A stretch of 64,000 nt of DNA from Mobula hypostoma (Eukaryota), in assembly GCF_963921235.1 (NCBI RefSeq), contig NC_086107.1, positions 94,056,001 through 94,120,000 of the forward strand. The letters are read 5' to 3'. Of the stretch, positions 25,001-37,000 are shown piece by piece. Under the pieces are notes generated by a model. It did not search any database. It was given only the letters and a program-made list of their open reading frames with translations, and was not told the origin of the DNA. Made by a program: the position numbers and the translations under genes. Positions within the stretch are counted from its first letter, which is position 1; each line of letters opens with the position of its first letter.

Positions 25001-28000
25001 CCCCCCCCCCCCAACAACCCCCGGGTGGCATGGCCAATAGAGAGGGTGTAATTTTACTGTGATTGGAGAAAAGTACGGGGGGATGTTGGAGCTTTTTGTT
25101 TGACACAGAGAGTGGCGGGTGCGTGGAGTGGTGGTCGCAGAGGCAGATACACTGGGGACATTTAAGAAGCCCTTCAATAGGTACATGGTTGATGGAAAAA
25201 TGGAGGACTATGTAGGAGAAAAGAGTTCGATTGATCTTGGAATGAGTTAAAAGGTCGGCACAACATTATGGGCTGAAGAGTCTGTACTGTGCTGTAGTGT
25301 TCTATGTTCTATGAAACACTGCATCAGGATATGTTCGTTGCTCTGGATTCCAGTGTATGTAGTCACTATATTCTACGTTCCATATCATATGTTTCACTGC
25401 ACACCTGTCTGCTGCCTGAAAGGTCCTCAATGAAATATCCACCCCTTTCAGATCTCGCCAATATTCTCTGTACACCATATGAACTGAAAGCTCACAAAAG
25501 GTACAGACCCAACAGCTGGTAGCCATGGGGTTGACTTTGACTTGGGGTGACTGCGTTGGATCAGACTGCTGGTACTGCTCGCTCCCAATAGAGAGGCTTG
25601 GCAATGAAGTCAATGACATAGGAAAGATCTACTTCAGGAAGGATGTGGAAGTTCTGAAGAGGATGCAGAAGCAGTTTACCAGGATTAGATTAGATTCGCT
25701 TTATTCTATTATTTAGTACAGTATCAGGCCCTTCTGGCCCAACGAGCCAGCACCGCCCACTACACCCATGTGACCAATCAACCGGTACATCCTTGGAATG
25801 TGAGAGGAAACCAGAGCACTTGAAGGAATTCCATGCGGTCACGTGGAGAACATACAAACTCCTTACAGACAACGGCAGGAATTAAACTCTGGCCACAGAT
25901 TGCTGGCTGACGCTGCAGAAAAGCATTACAATTATCACTACACCACCTCACCACCCCACTACACCACCACGCTTTCCAGAGCACTGTCTGGATTAGAGGG
26001 CAGGGGTTCTAACAAGTGGCTGGCCAAACTTCAGCTGTTTTCAGTGGAGTACCGGAGACTGACCTCCAGGAGGACCACAACCTCGTCGTAGGGTTTGGAG
26101 GCTTGTGTGTCTCAATGACCCGGAGAGCTACGTTGGCTGGAGTCAGGACTTTATGCTTTGGTTCTTGGTAGGGCCACCCACCCATGCCAAACAGGTCAAA
26201 GGGTAGAGGCCAGACTAGGAGTGGTCCACTGGTCCTCCAGTTTCGGGGGTTCAGCTCAGGGCTAACAACCTTGACTGTTACGGAAACGGCAATGAAGAAT
26301 CCTTCTACATCTGAGTACGACGGTATTCCTGAGTTTCCACCCGGGACTTGCATGACTGACAGTAGTGAAAACCGAGAGAAAGCTACTGACACGATGAAGG
26401 AAGCCCTGAACACCACCAGAGACGAAGGACCTTCATTGCTGCCCGAAACACCAGCAGTGTATTGAGCAGTAGTTCAGTAAGTAACGGAGACTGAGGAGAG
26501 ACCTGATAGAAGTTTGTAAGATTGAGAAGTACATACCGGACAGCCAGCAACTTTTCCCCAGGGTCAATTGTCTAATATTATAGGGCACACGCTTAAAGTG
26601 AGAGGGGGCAAGTTCAAAGGAGATGTGCAGGGTAAGTTTTTTTTACACATAGAGTGGTCGGAGCTGGAATGTGCTCCCAGAGGTGGTGGTAGAGACAAGT
26701 ACAGCAGAGACACTTAACAGGCTCTCAGACGGGCACATGGATGTGTAGAGAATGGAGGAATATGGATCGTGTGCAGGCAGAAATGATGAGGGTAACTGGG
26801 CTTCATTAGTGAAATTACTTTGACATATGGCAGGCTGAAAGGCCTATTCGTGGATGTACCATTCTAAACCCACTTCTGTTGTCAACACCAGGCACATGCC
26901 AGCCAACACCAGGCACATGCCAGCCATCACCAGGCACATGCCAGCCATCACCAGGCATGTGCCAGCCAACACCAGGCACACCAGGTACGTGCCAGCCATC
27001 ACCCACCACTTGGACTCATCTCTGGCATGGCCGCTGCGAGAAATCACATTGTCCAGTGACAAAACAGAGTGAACAGTATGCTGTGTTGGTCCAAAAACAA
27101 ATGTTTCCACCAATATATTGAAAAAGTTGCAGAGAAAGAGCTGGTATTCAGGGGTTTAGAAGACTTTCTAATCGCACTCAATATAAAAGTTCATGAAGGG
27201 AATCTATGTGATCAACCCAAGTCTAGTCCAACAAGCTCTTCCCACCCCTGTTCCCTCAACATTCGGGTATCATCAGAGAATCATGCAGCAGAGGTGAAGA
27301 CCACTTCAAAGTAAAATCAGCAGGAATTTCCAAAGGTCAGTTGGATAGATATCTGAAATTGGATTAACTGCAGAGGAAAGTGGAGATGTTTTGAAGGGCT
27401 GACATGGAAATGATGGGTAGATTGCCCCCCAACCCCCGCTGCACGATTCTCTAGTCTTGTAATCAATGGAGAAAAATGAATCCAAATGCTTACCATCTTC
27501 AGGGAGTTCAGTGGACTCTTCTGCAGCTTTAAAACAAAGGAAAGTGTTAAATACAGTCAATAATTAATGAACATTCAAGAAACATCAAAGACAATTTCTT
27601 ACATCCAGAAAGGGAAAAGGTTTCATCTGTTGAATTTAGAAGGGGAAATTAACGGAATTATAAAGTATCTTTGTTCCAACTAGTTTAGCAATATTTTATT
27701 TTTCTCTGGGACTGACTACCCAGTCACAATCCAGAAGCATCCCAAGAAAGCATGCACCTTTGCTCCATCCACAACAAGCAGGACTTCCCGGTAGTCAGCC
27801 ATTTTAATTCCAATCCCCATTCCCATTCCGACATGCTGGTCCATTGCCACGATGAGGCCTTCCTCAGGTTGGAGGAGCAACGTCCCATATCCCGCCCGGG
27901 CAGCCTCCAACCTGATGGCATGTTTATCGATTTCTCTAACTTCTGGTAAGTGCTCCCCCTTCCCCCTTCTCTCTTTTCTATTCACCATTCTGGAGTCCCT

Positions 28001-31000
28001 CTTGCTACTTCTCTTCTCCTCCACTACCCATCACCTCCTTCCCCTTCTCCCCATGTCTACTCTCCTGTCCTATCAGATTCTTTCTTCTTCAGCCCTTTAC
28101 CTCTTCCACCTATCACCTCCCAGCTTCCCATTACAGCACCCTTCCCCCACCCATCCACCTTCCCCCTCACCTGGTCTCAGTTATCACCTGTCAGTTCTCC
28201 TCCCCCCCCCACCTTTTTATTCTGTCTTCTGTCCACCTTCCTTTCCAGTCCTGATGAAGGGTACCAGTCTGAAACATCAATTCTTTATTCATTTCAATAG
28301 ATGCTGCGGCATTTTGTGTGTGTTACCATACTCCAAAAGTCAGGAGTGACTGTCAACTCTGAATGGTAGCGCATTCATGACGATTGCTGCCATTACACAA
28401 TGTCCCGCCTCTCTAGCTTCCCCCCCACCAATACACCCCAGTGATTGATCAGGAGGGGACAGGATTCACACAGAGACCACACTCCAGTCCCAAATGTCCA
28501 CAGGGGAAACCTTGTGGGAAGAATCCATCGACACTGCCCTAGGCAATAAGCAGCTACTCAGGGAAAATACCCATGCCATCCATCTGGATAACTGACGCAC
28601 GTCCCCCGTGTTCAGTCATCTTGTCTGCATTGACATAACATATGTTCAATTGACAAGCCTTCAGGACTCAAACTGTTATCGTAGTCTTCCATTCCAAAGA
28701 TCTGGTTAATATTTCTAGAGAGATTTGGTGAGAAATTTCAAAGCAACTTTCTCTCTTCTGTCTTTTAAATATCCTTAGAATTACCATGACCTTAAAAACC
28801 TTAAGCAGCTAACATAATCAAAGATACCACCCACCTTGGCTACTCTCTCTTCTCCACACCCATCCCTCAGGCAGAAGATACAAAAGCCTGAAAGTATGTA
28901 ACATCAATATATATAACCATATAACAATTACAGCACGGAAACAGGCCATCTGCGCCCTTCTGGTCCGTGCCGAACTCTTACTCAAGTTCAATAGATCCAT
29001 TTAATATCAGAGAATGTATACTATATACAACCTGAAATTCTTACTCTTTGCAGACATCCTCAAAACAGAAGAAAAAACCCAAGAGTTAACGCCAGAGAAA
29101 ACATAAGAGCCCCCAAGCCCCCTGCCCCCTCCTCCCACGTACAAACAGCAGCAAGTAGCTTCAACCCTCCCAACTCCACCCACCCCCCTTCTAGCATAAA
29201 GCATCATCATTCCCACCACCCAGCATGCAAGCAACACCAAAGTCTCCAAAGAGAGACCATGGTTGACAGTCCATCAAAAACTAACTGTTCACTCCTTCCA
29301 CAGGGACAGGGGAGATCGCAGTCGCTACTTTGATGTTACGGTCAGTCTGAAGCGTTGCTTTTTATTTCCGGTTCTTTAATTCAAGAATCGGCAAATTGAT
29401 TACCGAGTGCAGAGCCCTCCTACAGCCACTCTCGCCGTCTTCCATGTTCCGGCACCCGCTGCGCTTCAGTACGCAACACCGGCGAGATTTCGCGTCCACA
29501 GGGGCCGGACAAGCCCCGAAGGTGCCTGACTTCAGGCCTAACCAGGACGTGGTAAAACGCAATCGATCAGGTTCAAGGACAACTTGTATTCCACTGATAT
29601 AAGACTATAGAATAGTTCCCTAGTACAATAAAATAGACTCTTGATCTTACAATCTACCTTGTCTACCTACAAGAACTTTCTCTCTAACTAAAACTTTCTT
29701 CGGCATTACTTTTCCCTCGTACTACCTCAATGTATTGTTGTAATGAAGTGGTCTGTATGGATGTCATGTAATACTGTTTTCACTGTACCTCGGTATGTGA
29801 CAATAATAGACCAATTAAAGTCCCAATACTTTTGCCATTAACTTTTTTTTAAGCCATGTTAAGGTCAAACTGTTCTCGAATAATCCTAGGATGTCTTTGG
29901 GTCAGCTTTCCTTGTGGGATTCTGTTAGTTGATCTAACAATCAATAACCCTGTTGAACACAGTTGAGGTCTGTGTGATTCAGAAGACCAACTCCTCATAG
30001 CAGAGACAGAGACATTGGGAATTGTGAAGGATCCTTCTTGGTGGTGTCCCATTTGCATAAGAATATAGGCAATTATGTGCAGGTAATATCTCATCATCAT
30101 GCTCTGCCATTGAATGAGATCTTGGCTATCTTCTGCCCACTGGCCAGAACATTCCACCATGTCACCATAGCCAATGTTATGGCCACACCAACACTGAACA
30201 TACACAATGACTGAGTAATCAGAGGCACAGATCTCCCTAGATTTAGCATCATCTGCAAAACACTTCCCATTGCCTCGACAAAGCAACCCAACATATTCAA
30301 GGACCCCTCCCGTTCCCCTCACCTCTATTGTGTGGAAGAGATAAAAGCTTGTGAACATGTGCCATCTGGCTCAAGTACAGCTTCTTTTCTACTGCTATCT
30401 GCCTCTTGAATGGATCTTTCACACACTAAAAAATAAACTCTTCATTTCCCAATCTACCTGTATTGGTCTAGAGCTGGGGTTCCCAACCTAGCGTCACGGA
30501 CCCCTTGCTAAATGGTGTTGGTCCATGGCATTAAAAAGTTGGGAACCCCGGGTCTAGAGTGACACACACAAAATACTGGTCAGGCAACATCTATGAAAAG
30601 GAACAAAGAGTCGACGTTTCGAGCCTAGACCCTTCACCAGGACAATTGTGTTTACTTGTCTGCCTGCTCAGCACTTTCTCTGTAACAATATATTCTGTCC
30701 TCCTTTCTACTGTCTCGATGTACTTACGTAAGGACTGATCTGACAGGATGGTGTACAAACAAATCTCTTCACTATTTCTCAGTACATCCCAATTCCAATT
30801 TGTTTCCAACTATTCCCAAAGATGAGAATCAACCAGTCTTGCAAAATCTGGTATCCAAAGCTTTCTCAAAATCATGAAGTGTTGTGTTTCAGTAGGAAAA
30901 GAAAGGCAAGCAGAGCAAAGGTCTTACCAGGGGCTGCTACAGGCTTGGTCTTCGCTGCAATGGAAAAACATGATTAATGAACAGATAATACTTTCCTCTG

Positions 31001-34000
31001 GTCAATCCAAGGCAGAGGCTCAAACCAGAATGTTTACAAACCAGGTTCCTTCACTTGCAGCTCAAATTTCTCCTTGGCAGTGCCCAACACCGCCATGTAG
31101 ACCGAGTCATCCTGTTTGTTCAGGTCGTTGATGACCAGCGTGTGCTTCTTGCCCTCGACCTTGATGGTGTACTTGGGGCCGGCTACGAGGTCCTTCCCGC
31201 CCTTCTGCCATTTCACCTTCACGTTGGGCTTGTCCACCTCGGCCACAAACTCCGCTTTCCCTCCGGGTGCCCCCGTCTGGCTCTGGGGCTTCTTAGTGAA
31301 GCCAGCTGGTTGGGGGGAGAAGGAAAAGTCAGAAGTCTCACCAGTGTGGGAAGCGACGGAGAGGAGGCGTGAGCGGGAAGAGAGCAAAGCAAGACAGCAG
31401 CATCATATACTAAAGGTGAACCCTTGATCTCGCAATCTAGCTGCATTTCAGCTGTAACACGACACACAGTGGCCACTTTATTAGGTACAGGAGTGGAATC
31501 CAGTTGGTCTGTTGGTGCTGTAGCCTATTCACTGCAAGCTTCAACATGTTATGCATTCAGAGATACTCTTCTGCACACTGCAGTTGTAACACATCGTTAC
31601 CGTTAGCTTCTTGACAGCTTGAACCAGTCTGGCCATTCTACTCTGACCTCTCTCATTAACAAGGCATTTTCGCCCACAGAACCACCACTCACTGGATGCT
31701 TTTTGTTTATTGCACCATTCTCTGTAAACCCTAGAGACTGTTGTGCATAAAAATCTCAGAAGATCAGCAGTTTCTGAGATACTCAAACCACCCCATCTGG
31801 CACCAACATTCATTCCACAGTCAAAGTCACTTAGACTAAATTTCTTCCCCACTCTGATGTTTGGTCTGAGCAACAACTGAACCTCTTGACCATGTCTGCA
31901 TGCTTTAATGCATTGAGTTTTTCCACATGATTAGCCAATTAGATACGAGGGGTGATTGATAAGTTTGTGGCCTAAGTTAGAAAGAGTCAATTTTAGAAAA
32001 CCTAGCGCATTTATTTTTCAACATAGTCCCCTCCTACATGTACACACTTAGTCCAGCGGTCGTGGAGCATACGATCCCTTCTTTGTAGAAGTGGTCCACA
32101 GCAGGGGTGATTGATAAGTTTGTGGCCTAAGGTAGAAGAAGATGAGTTATTAAATTCAAACTTTCTGCATTATCACTCAAAGAGTTGAACTGCATGTGCA
32201 TGGGGCAAGAGCGTCTTGGACCTCCAGGTGGTCCACGGCAGGGGTGGTTGATAAGTTCGTGGCCTAAGGTAGAAGGAGATGAGTTATACAGCTCTCGTTA
32301 CATACACGTGCAGTTCAACTCTGAGTGAAAATAGAAAGTCTGAAGTTTCTCCTCATCTGCTTCTACTTTAGGCCATGAACTCATCAATCACCCCTGCTGT
32401 GGACCACTTCTGGAGGTCCAAGACGCCGACTTCTACAAAGAAGGGATCCGTATGCTCCACGACCGCTGGACTAAGTGTGTAAATGTAGGAAAAATAAATG
32501 TGCCAGGTTTTCTAAAATTGACTCCTTTTACCTTAGGCCATGAACTTATCAATCACCCCTCGTACTTGCATTAACGATCAGCTGTACAGATGTATCTAAT
32601 AAAGTGAGTGAGTGTAGTATTCTCTGTAGTTTTCCAATGACCTGCTTTGATGAACTGACGAGTGGAATGATCTGCCTTGGTGACAGACGAACAAAAGCTT
32701 TTCACTGCGTCTTGGTGTAAGTCACATTGTAAACTAATTCCAATTCTAATTCCAAATCTTTTCTATCTAATCCCAGGGAATGATACACGCAGACGATACA
32801 AAGACAGGTGGAGGGGCACTACTGGGGAAGCAGGGAATCAGCAGAAGGATTTGGTCAGATTCGGAGAATGCAGTCTCACCCCTCGCTCTCGTCTCCCTAC
32901 CCTCCTTTGCCTCCCTATCTCTCTGCTCTCTACACCCTCCCTCTCTGCTCCATATTCTCTCTTTTTCGTCCTGAATTTTGCACTCTCTCCCTCTCTTCCC
33001 TCCCTCCTTCTCTCCCCTTCTGTCTTCTTTCCCTACCCTTTCACCGTCTCCCTTACCTCTCACCACCCATCCCCTCTCCTCCCCTTCCTCCTTCACTCTC
33101 TCACTTTCTCTCCCCACCCCCTCTCCCGGCACTCCCTCTCTCCTCCATCCTCACTCTCTCCCCCCGTTTCCTTCTCCCTTTCTCCTCCCCGCCCTCCCCT
33201 CACCTCTAAATTTCACCCACTCCACACCTTCCCTCTCTCCTCCATCCTCACTCTGACCCTACTTCCTTCTCCCTCGCTCTCTCTTCTCCCCATCCTCCTT
33301 CTCCTTCACTCTTCCCTCTCTCCTCCACCCTCCTTCTCCTTCCCCTTTCACTCCCTTCCTCTCCTCTCCCCATCCACCCTCTCCTTCCCCAGTCCTCTTC
33401 TCATTAGGAGGGAGGAGAAGATGGCGGCGCGACGCAGCGCGCACGGCCACTTCGGTGGTAATGTCCGTTATCTGTCAAGTAGGGGACTGTGCACAATTCT
33501 GATTTGATGGAGACGGACGTGAGAGTACGGAGGAACATCTGGAAAACTTCTGAAATGCCCGCTTTGCTGCCGCTGCTACTGTGTGGTAACCGGAATCTCC
33601 AGAGCAGAAGGCCCCGAAATCCTCGGCTTTGCGTGTTTCAGCGGCTGGGGCGCGCTCGAAGGCGCTCGGCAGAGGATGGCGCTTGGGAGGCTATATCGGA
33701 GAGGCTGGTTGGAAGCTCGAAGTTTTCGGACGGACGGACTCAGTGTCGGCTGTGGTCAGTTGCTTCCAAGGCATCGGCAAGTTAACGGTGCCTGGAGGTT
33801 TATGGTAGGGAGTTTCTCCCTTTTGCCGCCTGCTATCGGGGACTCGGGAGTCAATCGACTCGGGGACTTTTGAGACTTTATCTACCATGCCCGTGGTTTG
33901 TTCTTCATCAAATTATGGCATTGCTTTGCACTGCTGTAACTATGTGTTATAATTATGTGGTTCTGTCAGTGTTAGTCTTTGGTCTGTCCTGTTTTCTGTG

Positions 34001-37000
34001 ATATCACTCTGGAGAAACATTGTATCATTTCTTAATGCATGTATGCATTTCTAAATAATAAGAGAGGACTGAGTGTTCTCATAATCTAATCTAAAGTATC
34101 ACGCTCTCCCTCTCCCACCCTCTCTCTCACATTCCCCTTTAATTCTTTCCCTCCCCTCCCTCTAACCCCTCCTCCTCCTCTCACTCTCTCCCTTTCTCTT
34201 CCTCTGCTCTCTCCGCCCCCTCATTCTCCCTCCCCTCTCCCTCTAGAGTCACCTCGTGCCCAGGTCAGTTTCAGCCATCACTGAGGATATATTGCTGTGA
34301 CCCAGACGAGGATCAGAAATGGAGTCCGGCTGTCAACTGTGAGCTATCGAGGAGCGAGAACCTATGATTTACGTTCCCTGGTGGATTCTATCTGCAAAGT
34401 GCGTCCTTACTTCAGGCACAGATCTCCATCAACCAAAGGGCAGAGCCAAGTAAAGAACAGATGGCAGCAATCTGGGTACAGTACGTGATTGTTTTTCACT
34501 CTGTCTACCCAGAGCACGGGACAGCAGCAACAACTTGTTAGTGGCTAATGGCTCTCCTCCCTGGCCAGGAATTTCGCCGCTAACGGTACCTCCTGGGATA
34601 AATGCTGTCTCAAGCAGAGAGAAATTTGAGTCCCAAACACAAAATACCCTGAAGTTCTGTCTCGCTCTGATCCAAGCCAAACAGAATCAATAAACACAAG
34701 AGATTTCTGTGGGTGCTGGAAATCTGGAGAAACACGCACAAAATGCTGGGAGAACTCGGCAGGTCAGGCAGCATCCATGGAGAGAAATAAACAGTTGACG
34801 TTTTGGGCTGAGACCCTTCATCAGGATTAGCCTCAGCTCGAAATGTCTATTGTCTATTCCAGCCCATAGATACTGCCTGACTGCTGCGTTGCTCCAGCAG
34901 TTTTTGTGTGATGCTCTAGGTTTGCTGTGTCTGCACAATCTCTCATGTTAAACCCGTGCCCTCTAGTTTTGGACACCTCTACCCTGGGCAAAGACTGTGA
35001 TCATTCACCCTTCTGAGTTTATAACCAGTCTGTAAGGTCACCCCTCACAGTTCTTTGTTTTGGGGAAACTGCCCCAGCCTTTCCAAGTCAAATTGACTTC
35101 TAAAGATTCCTGGAGTAACTGGGTCATACAACACAGAAACAGGCCATTCAGCCCATTGAACCTGTGCTGACCATCAGACATCCATTTACACTAATCCATT
35201 TTATTCTCCCCCATTCCAATCAAATCACCCCAATTCCACCCTTCGCCCATGCACTAGGGGCAATTTACCGACTGGTATCAGATTAGTTTTATTTGTCACA
35301 TGTACGTCGAACATACAGTGAAATGCAACGTTAGCATCACATTAAATCAGCGAGGATGGTGCTGGGCCACGTTTCAACGTAACATGCCTGAAAATTTACG
35401 AACCTGAAACGTGCATCTTTGGAACGTGGGAGGAAGCCCACGCAGTCACAGGGAGAGCGTGCGAACACCACACGGACAGTGCCTGAGCTCAGGATCAAAT
35501 CCAGATCTTTGGATTCTGTAAGGAAGCTGCTCTGCCCCCTTGTGGTGGTGGTTCAGATGTTCAGCTGCTGGGCGAGTGACTCTGAGCCTGCCCGAACCAA
35601 GGTTCGCATCCCAACATGGCCGATTTGATATTTAATTTTTTTTTTAAGTCTAACAAACCAGTCATCAAAAACGATTACCTCAATGCCGAGTAGGCTTTGT
35701 TGTAAAAACCCACCCCGTTCCCTCATGATCTTCAATGGAGAGATCTGCTGTTCTTCCCTGTGGGTCAGCCCACCCAGAGACATGAGCTTGTATCGTACCA
35801 CAGCTGATTGGGTATTTAGTATTTTCTTCAACAAACCAGCCATCAAATGGATGACCTCAACGTTTTTGGGATATAGGTGCACCCAGGGGAGCACACGCAG
35901 TCACGGGGAGAGTGTGCAAACGCCACATAGACAGTGCCTGAGGTCAGGATCGAACCTGAGTCTCTGGAGCTTTGAGGCAGTGGTTTTACCCACCACTCCA
36001 CTGATTCCAGATCTCCCTCAGGCAGTCCATCCTAGAAACCCTTTGCCTCTTGCACAGCACATCTCCAGGCCTGGCAGTCTGCCTCACGATCTGCAAACAG
36101 TTATTAAAAACCTTCAACAGCAGATTAGTTAAGTTGCAGAAAGGAAGTGTGGAAGTGGGAAGTCATTTGGAATAAGACATCTCCCGGTATCCAGTTAACA
36201 TTCTGGAAATTTCTGATCCAGATGGCAATGTGACTGAAGCAAACGATAGCCCTGTGGCCCATAAGGCTTTAATTATAGAACAAAGGCATGCAAAGTGCCT
36301 TATTAGTAGTCGAGGACCTTCCATGTACTCCATAATTAGGACTCTATCTGGGAAACACAAAGATCATAAAATAGATGGGGATCTTGTAAAAGAAAGGAAA
36401 TTTTTCCTACAACACACATAAAAATTGCTGGTGAACTCAGCAGGCCAGGCAGCATCTATAGGAAGAGGTACAGTCGATGTTTCGGGCCAATTTTTCCTAA
36501 ACACTTATGGAATGAACGTACTGGGTTCCAGAAATCTTGCCACGAAAGGATATCGACAGACCCGTACAAGCCCCAATTCCAACCATCACATCTGAACCCA
36601 TCACTTGGATTACCCCCCATAGTCGTGGGGTAATGCAGAGTGAAACAGGCCCTTCAGCCCAATGTTTGGCCCATAGCCTTCTAAACCTTTCCAGTCCATG
36701 CACATGTCCAGTTGTTAGTCTGTCTACCTTAACCACTTCAATCTGGTGGCTTATTCCACATAGGTACCACCCTCTTTGTGAAAAATTTGTCCCTCAAGTT
36801 CCTCTTGAGGGGCAACAATTGGCAGATCAAAAGAAAACTGTTCAACCCCTTTAACCTGTACCAAAATAGAATTTTAAAAATGGTTGATTCATGAACTAAA
36901 TCCACTTCTACCTGTCTTTTCTACATATCCCTTAATATCACCCAACGTGAGACACATAGCACCCAACTATATAACATTGGGAATGGGTTGGCTCTGGTTG

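Noticed and set aside
26815..27121. Heptad-repeat peptides (GWHVPGD, TPGTCQP); possible CRISPR-like array
   Set aside because: Head-to-tail 21-bp minisatellite with no unique spacers, in a vertebrate intron.
32677..33507. 276-aa ORF
   Set aside because: Runs through a polypyrimidine tract into a repeat; stop-poor by composition.
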